From the IMG/VR virus record IMGVR_UViG_3300031227_000018, positions 45,219-109,218 of that record: a stretch of DNA of 64,000 bases, one strand, 5' to 3'. Source of the stretch: a virus. The position numbers and the translations under genes were made by a program. Shown here piece by piece: positions 57,772 to 64,000 of the stretch. Position 1 is the stretch's first letter, and every line of letters begins with the position of its first letter. Below the pieces are notes generated by a model. It had not been told where the DNA came from. It did no database searches and worked only from the letters and a program-made list of their open reading frames with translations.

Positions 57772-57969
57772 ATGAACGAAGAAATCAAAAAAGAAAAGTT
57801 GGAAGTTTGTTGTCATATTAAGTTTTGTAAGTCGATGGGTTTTGATATTGCGAAAATGTTTACTTCTAAAAAGAATGATTTAGAAAAGCTGGAAAGAGAG
57901 TGCCCGCCTTCCAAGGAATATCATGAATTTATGAAGTGGGAAATTCAACAATACAAGGATGCAATATGA
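57772..57969 (+). CDS. Hypothetical protein
   Basis: SD GGGAGGT. Confidence 0.65.
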   Translation: MNEEIKKEKLEVCCHIKFCKSMGFDIAKMFTSKKNDLEKLERECPPSKEYHEFMKWEIQQYKDAI

Positions 57970-58316
57970 AAACCATGGAATGGCGAGTTTGGAGAGATGG
58001 AAAAGTTGAGTTGTTGGATGAAGGTGGTGTTGTGTTTTATACGGCAACAGAATCGATACGGCAACGTATTTATGGGAAGGCTAAAAATATGTTTGAGGAT
58101 TCGGCGGTTGTGTCTGTTAATGTTGAAGCGAATGTTGAACATTTGTTTAAGTGTAGGTGGAAAGATGAGGCATTGAGTTGTCCGGCATATTATTATGATA
58201 ATGTTGTGTTTCGCACTTATGCGGAGGCATTTGAACGTGGCAGGAGGCTTCGGGCAAAGTATGGGAATGTCGATGTTATTGATTTTTGGGATGGCTTAGA
58301 CTTATCAATTATTTAA
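57966..58316 (+). CDS. Hypothetical protein
   Basis: ATGA overlap with the upstream ORF. Confidence 0.55.
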   Translation: MKTMEWRVWRDGKVELLDEGGVVFYTATESIRQRIYGKAKNMFEDSAVVSVNVEANVEHLFKCRWKDEALSCPAYYYDNVVFRTYAEAFERGRRLRAKYGNVDVIDFWDGLDLSII

Positions 58317-58329
58317 TAGGGAGGGATAT

Positions 58330-58518
58330 ATGACGGATTTACCATTAAAATTTAATGAACAATACTATTTATTTTTGGATGAATTAAGGGAAAGTGGTAT
58401 AACGAATATGTTTGGTGCTATTCCATATTTAGAGAAACAATTTAATTTAAACAAAGAATTGGCGAGGGAAGTGTTGAAAGATTGGATGGAAACTTTTGAA
58501 GATAGGAGTTCAAAATGA
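58330..58518 (+). CDS. Conserved small phage protein
   Basis: FLDELRESGITNMFGA.PYL motif common in phages; SD GGGAGG. Confidence 0.7.
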   Translation: MTDLPLKFNEQYYLFLDELRESGITNMFGAIPYLEKQFNLNKELAREVLKDWMETFEDRSSK

Positions 58519-58727
58519 TTGAAGCTCGGCATGCAGATGAACGCACTAAATATAAAAGCAAAAAGGGTGTGATCATTGAAGTTAAGCCAAAGTGTTCTAA
58601 GTGTGTTATGAAGAAGTTGGCACCAAAACGCAAAGTTGATTCGGTGCTTTATCGTTGTAAGAGTGAATCGTTAGTGTATTATGGTTGGTTGCCTGCTGAT
58701 TATGAATTAGAAATAATAAAAAAATAA
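58515..58727 (+). CDS. Hypothetical protein
   Basis: SD AGGAG; coupled. Confidence 0.55.
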   Translation: MIEARHADERTKYKSKKGVIIEVKPKCSKCVMKKLAPKRKVDSVLYRCKSESLVYYGWLPADYELEIIKK

Positions 58728-58738
58728 AAGGGGTGATT

Positions 58739-58897
58739 ATGGAAACGCTTGATATTAAGAAAATGTTTTTGGATGCATATGAATCGGCAAGATTTAGAGA
58801 GAATGTGTGTTGTAGATGTAAGTGTGAGGAAATAGAGCCAACACTTAAACAGGTGATAGAAGCATTGCCAGAAAACACAGGGGGAGAAAATGAATAA
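58739..58897 (+). CDS. Small hypothetical protein (52 aa, not in ORF track)
   Basis: SD GGGGTG, METLDIKK...GENE*; fills the gap. Confidence 0.5.
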   Translation: METLDIKKMFLDAYESARFRENVCCRCKCEEIEPTLKQVIEALPENTGGENE

Positions 58898-59087
58898 ACA
58901 AATGGTGGTAGTTGGGAAAAGAATTGGTGGAGCATGGACGAAGCTCTATCATCCTCGTTACAATAGGGAGTTGTTGGGGCCATTGTATGTGGCTGATGAA
59001 ATTCAGCGTATAAGAGAACGTCAGGCGATGGATAGTTGGAGATTAGAGTATTATTCAAGGTTTCAAAAACAAGAGGAAGTTGAATGA
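58890..59087 (+). CDS. Hypothetical protein
   Basis: SD GGGGGAG; coupled. Confidence 0.55.
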   Translation: MNKQMVVVGKRIGGAWTKLYHPRYNRELLGPLYVADEIQRIRERQAMDSWRLEYYSRFQKQEEVE

Positions 59088-59452
59088 ATATACATTCAAA
59101 GAAAGGTGATGAGGTTAAGTTTACACAACCGACGGCAGGCTATCTACCTCATCAAAAAATAGCTGCAAAGTACCTTGAGGTTCAAAAAGTTTATACGATT
59201 GAAAGAATTGGGGGGTATATGAATTACATAGATGAAAAAGTTGAAGAACTCCATGAAGAGTTCGGACTGTTTAGAAAGATAACGGCTATAACAGATTCAC
59301 CAGCGTTTGAAGCCTTTCTCCGGCTGAAGATACAAGAGACTATCGAGAAGTGTGCAAAGGTGGCTGAAGATTTCGCAAAGGATAGCTTTGATGAACACGA
59401 AGCAAGCACATGTAGAGCTATTGCGTCAACCATCAGTGAAATAGGAGATTAA
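59084..59452 (+). CDS. Hypothetical protein; C-terminal half paralogous to next ORF
   Basis: Internal SD and ATG at 59219 (MNYIDE..AFLR.KIQETIEK.AKVAE..IGD). Confidence 0.6.
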   Translation: MNIHSKKGDEVKFTQPTAGYLPHQKIAAKYLEVQKVYTIERIGGYMNYIDEKVEELHEEFGLFRKITAITDSPAFEAFLRLKIQETIEKCAKVAEDFAKDSFDEHEASTCRAIASTISEIGD

Positions 59453-59453
59453 T

Positions 59454-59657
59454 ATGAGTTACATAGATGAGATAGTCAATGAAATAGATAAGAAGTTGAC
59501 ACACGGCTGTGAGATTGCAGTGTTTAAAGCCTTCCTACGTCAGAAGATACAAGAGACTATTGAGAAGGCGGCAAAGGTGGCTGAAAAGTTCGATATGACT
59601 ACAGACGAACAAGGAATACATAGCGTGGTAGCAGCCATTCGTAAAATAGGAGATTAA
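59454..59657 (+). CDS. Hypothetical protein, tandem paralog
   Basis: MSYIDE..AFLRQKIQETIEKAAKVAE..IGD. Confidence 0.65.
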   Translation: MSYIDEIVNEIDKKLTHGCEIAVFKAFLRQKIQETIEKAAKVAEKFDMTTDEQGIHSVVAAIRKIGD

Positions 59658-59658
59658 T

Positions 59659-60057
59659 ATGTTAAACAAAGAAGTTCCATCGATCGAGTTGTGCAAAGCG
59701 CTTGAAGGGTTGGGGTGGGAACGTGAAGGGTTGTATTGGTGGAATCCTACTTATGATTCGCTAAACCAACCAGAAGACTATGTTCTGGAGCTAGAACCAT
59801 TTGATGGCGATGCACTAATTGCCCCCACAGTTGTCGAGATGTTGGAGGTGTTGCCTGAAAGAGTCTTAAGATCAAGAATTAGTTATTATTTGTTAATAGA
59901 AAAAAGTAATGGATGGTTTATAAAATATCGAGATACAATGCCTGATGGTCTTTCTTGGATAATAGTAGATGAATCTTTACCAAACGCTCTAGCAAGAATG
60001 ATAATATATCTTGAAAAAGAAGGTCACATTAAATTGGGGGTAAAAGGTGAAATTTAA
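59659..60057 (+). CDS. Conserved phage hypothetical protein
   Basis: SIELCKAL..LG, APTV.EMLE.LP, NALARMIIYL. Confidence 0.65.
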   Translation: MLNKEVPSIELCKALEGLGWEREGLYWWNPTYDSLNQPEDYVLELEPFDGDALIAPTVVEMLEVLPERVLRSRISYYLLIEKSNGWFIKYRDTMPDGLSWIIVDESLPNALARMIIYLEKEGHIKLGVKGEI

Positions 60058-60355
60058 AAAAATATGTGGGTGCGGTTATGAGACGATTGTTGATAAAGAA
60101 GTGTGGACAGTGTGCCCTGAATGCGGGGAAAGGGTTGACTGGGAATTTATCCCGTATTTGTTGAAGGAAACGATTGTAACATTGAAGGGTGAAAAGAGGT
60201 ATGAAGGGAGGGCAAAAGATGGTCGTAAGAAAGTGATGATGGAGGATGACGGTGTGTATGTTATATATTTATTGGAATCTAATAAGTGTGTGGGGATGAA
60301 AGTAGGGGAAATGAAAAATCGTATAAAAGCTGAATCAATTATGATGAAATTATAA
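60047..60355 (+). CDS. Zinc-ribbon hypothetical protein
   Basis: CGCG..CPECG. Confidence 0.55.
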   Translation: MKFKKICGCGYETIVDKEVWTVCPECGERVDWEFIPYLLKETIVTLKGEKRYEGRAKDGRKKVMMEDDGVYVIYLLESNKCVGMKVGEMKNRIKAESIMMKL

Positions 60356-60357
60356 GT

Positions 60358-60396
60358 AAAATAGTTTTTTATTTTTTGATAATAAGGAAGTAAGGT
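60358..60396 (+). promoter_or_regulatory. Conserved phage promoter P7 (TTTATT-N17-TAAGGT)
   Basis: Motif copy, followed by boxA-like TTGATCTTTAACA at 60405-60417. Confidence 0.75.
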
Positions 60397-60441
60397 AATG
60401 ATAATTGATCTTTAACATCAGAACATTAAAAGGAGATAAAA

Positions 60442-61392
60442 ATGATGAAATATGATGAATTAAAAGAACAGATAGTGGCTCGCCATCAGGAATTGAATCC
60501 TGTGGATCATATTGTTTCTTACCCTGAAGTTGAATACAAATATGATGAGAAATTTAATCGCCCTACGTTATTGACTAAGAAGGGCGAGTTTAGTCTTGAT
60601 GAATGGGCGCATGGGCAGTTGTGTGGAAGACTCGGCATCCCCAATGGTTATATCAATAAATGTCCACCAGATTTAAAAGAAGATAATATCAATTATTTTC
60701 TTAAACATCGTTTGGGAGATTTGAAATTACGAACAATCAAAGAGAATCGGGTTCGCGCTGTTCTTACACCAAGCTACACGTCTATTGATGATTATGATTT
60801 AATAGATTTGATTCAACCATTTATGGTATCTAGAGAAATTGAGATTATCAGTTGTTATCATGGTGAATTGATGACATCTTTTCGTGGAGTTTTTGTTGAG
60901 CAAGAAAAAGTTGCAATAGAAATTGGGGACCCTACAAAAAGAGGGGTTATGATCAACAATTCTGAGGTTGGTTACATGGCGGTGCAGTTTAGGGCGTTTA
61001 TGTATCGTTTAGTTTGTACGAATGGGTTAGTTCTTCCTCGGGATGTTGGTGGTTTTCATTTTAGACATCGTGGCAATAAGGATCGTATTTATCATACGTG
61101 TGAAACGATAGTCAATTCATTGGATGAACATCTTGAAGTTTATTTCAATAAATTTCAAAATTCTCGTGAAGTGAAGGTGAGTGATCCTTTGATGATTATT
61201 CAAGAAACAGTAAAAAAAGAGAATTGGCCAAAGAAGTGGGAAGACATTTTTGTGTCGGCTTATAATATAGAACCGCATGAATCTTTATTCGGGATTATCA
61301 ATGCATTTACGAGAGGTGCTCAGAAATTGAAAATTCATCAGCGTGTTCAAATTGAGGAATACGCAACTGAGTTATTGAGAGAAGTGGCATAA
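60442..61392 (+). CDS. DUF932-family protein
   Basis: A.GQLC.RLGIP, RAVL...Y, NSEVG, RLVCTNGL, H.G, INAFT. Confidence 0.8.
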   Translation: MMKYDELKEQIVARHQELNPVDHIVSYPEVEYKYDEKFNRPTLLTKKGEFSLDEWAHGQLCGRLGIPNGYINKCPPDLKEDNINYFLKHRLGDLKLRTIKENRVRAVLTPSYTSIDDYDLIDLIQPFMVSREIEIISCYHGELMTSFRGVFVEQEKVAIEIGDPTKRGVMINNSEVGYMAVQFRAFMYRLVCTNGLVLPRDVGGFHFRHRGNKDRIYHTCETIVNSLDEHLEVYFNKFQNSREVKVSDPLMIIQETVKKENWPKKWEDIFVSAYNIEPHESLFGIINAFTRGAQKLKIHQRVQIEEYATELLREVA

Positions 61393-61404
61393 GGGGAAAT
61401 AGAG

Positions 61405-62445
61405 ATGAAGAAGTGGGCTAAAAAATATGATAAGTGTTTGGAATGCGGAAGTGTCAAAAGGAAGCATCTGTCGTATGGTTTTTGTGCTCGCTGTTATTGG
61501 GTTAAGCGTAGGCAAAAAAAACTTCCTCAACATAAGTGGGCCAGAGATTATTTTTGTTGTGTTAAATGCGGTAAAACAGACAGTGTTTTTACTGGAAAAG
61601 GAATTTGTGCTAGGTGTAGGAGTGAAATTAAGAGAAGAAAGGAGGGAAAACTTCAAAAAGGTGGATGGGCTTTTGCATTTGATAAATGCATTAAATGTGG
61701 GACTATTGCTAGACCTCATTTGGCGAAGGGTTTATGCGATAGATGTTACAATAGAAGACATAGAGAAAAAATGGGGATTGTAAGTCATAAAGAATATAGG
61801 GAGTTATGTAAGTGGTCTAGGAGATATGATAAATGCGTTAAGTGTGGGGCAGCGCAAAAAAAACACAGCGGTAACGGTTTATGTCGTACTTGTTATTTTC
61901 AAAAAAATAAAGAAAAGACTTATGAAAGTAGAGAAAGGGGGAGAAGAAGGTTTTTAAATAAAGCGGAGAATGGAGTGTGTGAAAGTTGTAGCAAGAACAA
62001 AAAATTAACGCATAAAAACCGGACTATGTGCGCTTCTTGTTACACTGTATTTGCGCGAAAGAATAGGGAAAAATGGGCAAAAAAATTTGATCAATGTGTG
62101 GTTTGTAATTCGTTTGACAAATTTCATGTGGCAAAAGGTTTGTGTGTATGTTGTTATTTAAAAAAAGCGCGAAAAGAAAATCCAGAAAAGATGTCGCGGT
62201 GGAGAAAGACGTCGTATAAAAGAAATATTGCTAAAATTAAAAAGTATTATGGTCTTGTAAATTGGGGTAGTTTTGCGGATATAAGGTTAAAAATGCTTGA
62301 AATTGAAAAACAATATAAAAATAAAAAAGGAGGAAGAAATGAAGAAAAATCGAAAGGTGACATCAGAAGTGACGTCCGACGAATTCATGAATTACTTTTG
62401 GAAGTTATCACGAAAAGTAACAAACAAAGAGTTAACGCCCACTAG
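61405..62445 (+). CDS. Basic protein with six tandem CxxC-x11/12-CxxC zinc-finger repeats
   Basis: Repeat consensus W-A-x-x-F/Y-D-x-CxxCG-x5-H-x3-G-L-CxxCY. Confidence 0.75.
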   Translation: MKKWAKKYDKCLECGSVKRKHLSYGFCARCYWVKRRQKKLPQHKWARDYFCCVKCGKTDSVFTGKGICARCRSEIKRRKEGKLQKGGWAFAFDKCIKCGTIARPHLAKGLCDRCYNRRHREKMGIVSHKEYRELCKWSRRYDKCVKCGAAQKKHSGNGLCRTCYFQKNKEKTYESRERGRRRFLNKAENGVCESCSKNKKLTHKNRTMCASCYTVFARKNREKWAKKFDQCVVCNSFDKFHVAKGLCVCCYLKKARKENPEKMSRWRKTSYKRNIAKIKKYYGLVNWGSFADIRLKMLEIEKQYKNKKGGRNEEKSKGDIRSDVRRIHELLLEVITKSNKQRVNAH

Positions 62446-62548
62446 CGTTAATGCGGCTTGTAATGCGGGTAGAAATGTCTTGAAGATGGCATTTTTGAAA
62501 GAAAAACTTGCTAGAAGTAAACATTCGTCTAGCAATATTGTTTTGTAA
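62339..62548 (+). CDS. Small helical protein partnered with zinc-finger gene
   Basis: SD AAGGAGG before ATG 62339; NAACNAGRNVLK. Confidence 0.6.
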   Translation: MKKNRKVTSEVTSDEFMNYFWKLSRKVTNKELTPTSVNAACNAGRNVLKMAFLKEKLARSKHSSSNIVL

Positions 62549-62623
62549 TTATTTGAATGTATAGTTGAGTTATTGAGAGAAGTGGCATAAAAAATAAAAG
62601 GTTTAAAGAAGTATAATAAATGG

Positions 62624-62809
62624 ATGAAGAAAGCAAAAGAGTTGACTTTAGAGATGTTTTTGGAGTGGATTAGTAAAAACAGTTCTGATGATATATATGT
62701 TTGGAAATTATGGAAGGGCACTCCAAAAGAGTTTTTTGAGCAATTTGATGGATTTGTTATTAAGAAAAAAAAGACGGTTAAGGAGGGTAGTTATGGGAAG
62801 AATAGATAA
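62624..62809 (+). CDS. Hypothetical protein
   Basis: Short ORF after AAGTATAAT; overlaps the next gene. Confidence 0.45.
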   Translation: MKKAKELTLEMFLEWISKNSSDDIYVWKLWKGTPKEFFEQFDGFVIKKKKTVKEGSYGKNR

Positions 62810-63137
62810 ACCTTGGGGATATGAAGAGATTTTGGTGCAAACATCTCGTTATGTTTTGAAGAAGATTTTTATTAAACGAGGTTGTCGTTTATCTTATCAA
62901 TACCATAATAAGAAGGATGAGACAATATTTGTTTTGGAGGGTGAATTGATATTAAATTTGGATGATTCATACATGACTGGTCGCATGGGTTTTTGTAAAA
63001 GAATTAGATCTAAAAAGAAACATAGATTTATAGCGTCCATGAAAGGGGATTGTGTGCTACTTGAATGTTCTACCCCGGAATTAGATGATGTTGTCCGGTT
63101 GCACGATGATTATGGTCGTGATTGTGGTGAGTGGTAA
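62793..63137 (+). CDS. Cupin / mannose-6-phosphate isomerase type II C-terminal-like protein
   Basis: KPWG.E, RLS.QYH..KDE...V..G, HR, E.STPELDDVVR..DDYGR. Confidence 0.85.
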   Translation: MGRIDKPWGYEEILVQTSRYVLKKIFIKRGCRLSYQYHNKKDETIFVLEGELILNLDDSYMTGRMGFCKRIRSKKKHRFIASMKGDCVLLECSTPELDDVVRLHDDYGRDCGEW

Positions 63138-63175
63138 ATAAAATTAAAATTGTTTGAAAAAAAAGGGGAGGGATT

Positions 63176-63661
63176 ATGGCAAAGATAAATTTTCCGAGTG
63201 GAATAACAGTAGAAACTGATTCAAAAGAAGAGCTTTTTGAAATTGTAAATTTTTTTGATAAATCAACTAAAAATGAGGCAAAAAATGTATTGCCAAAAGT
63301 CATTAAAGTTAAAAAAAAGGGAAAAACAAAATCATGTTTGAATTGTGGTAGGACATTTTACAAAAAGGGGAGAAGGTGTTTCTGTTCAAATATATGTTCT
63401 ACTCGATATCATGCACTAAAAAGAAAAGTAGAAAAAGTGTGCAAATATTGTGACAAGATTTACAATGGGGGACCTAACAGTATCTATTGTAGTAAAGTGT
63501 GTTCGGGGAAAGCTATTCAACGAAAAAGAAGGAAAATAAAAGTGGAAGAAAAGTGTGCTGAGGTGGGACCCTTTTCTCCTGTTACTATAAGGAGGGCTGC
63601 GACTGGTGAGGAGACAAGAAGAGGTTCACCGGAGATGAAAATGATAGCGAAGGGAGTTTAA
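63176..63661 (+). CDS. Zinc-finger hypothetical protein
   Basis: Two CxxC..F/YCSxxC units. Confidence 0.65.
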   Translation: MAKINFPSGITVETDSKEELFEIVNFFDKSTKNEAKNVLPKVIKVKKKGKTKSCLNCGRTFYKKGRRCFCSNICSTRYHALKRKVEKVCKYCDKIYNGGPNSIYCSKVCSGKAIQRKRRKIKVEEKCAEVGPFSPVTIRRAATGEETRRGSPEMKMIAKGV

Positions 63662-63662
63662 T

Positions 63663-64000
63663 ATGATTATAAATAAAAAAAAGTGGAATGAGTTTGTTGA
63701 GCGTAACCAAAAATTTTCGTATGGTAAAATGTTGGTTGATTACACTCGCGCTGTGATTAAGATGTTGGATGACGATGATTTATGCGATTTTGATATTGAA
63801 AAGATTTTTGATGATGCTAAAGAAGAATGTTCTAAATGGGAGATTGATATTTCTGATTTAGGTCTTTTTTTTCTATCAAGGGTTGCATTTGTTATATGGC
63901 AATGCCATGATAAAGGTGATTTTTTTGCCAAACAATGGAATAAATGGTTTATGACTAAAGAAGTTCCAGATCAACATATCATTTTGATTCAACCACGTGA
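63663..64000 (+). CDS. Hypothetical phage protein (3' truncated by window)
   Basis: SD AGGGAG; frame open to the window end (MIINKKKWNEFVERN...). Confidence 0.6.
   Translation, partial: MIINKKKWNEFVERNQKFSYGKMLVDYTRAVIKMLDDDDLCDFDIEKIFDDAKEECSKWEIDISDLGLFFLSRVAFVIWQCHDKGDFFAKQWNKWFMTKEVPDQHIILIQPR

Larger units (their letters stand above)
61368..62590 (+). mobile_element. Two-gene insertion flanked by 25-bp direct repeat
   Basis: TGAGTTATTGAGAGAAGTGGCATAA at 61368-61392 (3' end of the DUF932 gene) and at 62566-62590. Confidence 0.65.

Noticed and set aside
1-64000. Many antisense or out-of-frame ORFs in the six-frame track (e.g. 1461-1748, 16692-17096, 31265-31612, 58606-59058, 61372-61719)
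   Set aside because: They lie inside well-supported genes, lack SD sites and motifs, and have shadow-ORF composition.
1-64000. CRISPR array or cas genes
   Set aside because: No regularly spaced repeat-spacer units; the recurring motif is a dispersed promoter.
1-64000. Stop-codon reassignment
   Set aside because: Genes are full-length and densely packed in the standard code; TAA, TAG and TGA all end genes.

Overview
A 64-kb, AT-rich segment of a large lytic myovirus-type phage genome, standard genetic code, probably with a diderm bacterial host (inferred from sigma70-type promoters, boxA-like and IHF-like motifs and a protein ending in an outer-membrane beta-signal). Layout: (1) 1-17.6 kb, contractile tail and baseplate operon (sheath end, tube, chaperones, tape measure, hub, spike, LysM/gp25 fusion, J, I, fibres, holin-like). 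(2) 17.6-22.9 kb, minus-strand block with small ORFs, a Tad1-like anti-defence protein, tRNA-Glu, a ~190-nt tRNA-like structured RNA, an SF2 helicase and a TnpB/Cas12f-like protein lacking RuvC. (3) A GroEL-like chaperonin. (4) 25.0-33.0 kb, one promoter-delimited operon joining a PCNA clamp and RFC loader to a thymidine-hypermodification-type enzyme set (radical SAM, FkbM methyltransferase, amino acid:DNA transferase, HAD, DUF2284-like, P-loop kinase, class II aldolase). (5) A bacterial-type replisome and recombination block (DnaB, primase, DnaE, SSB, RecA, Mre11/Rad50, RuvC). (6) Terminase, portal and MuF-like genes, a trigger-factor FKBP domain protein and a DnaN beta-clamp. (7) Small early-type ORFs, including a zinc-finger-array module flanked by a 25-bp direct repeat. 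Best candidates for undescribed biology: the PCNA/RFC-coupled DNA-modification operon in a DnaE/DnaN phage, the RuvC-less TnpB derivative with a possible guide/target pair, and the tRNA-like ncRNA. All protein assignments come from motif recognition by eye; no searches were run.
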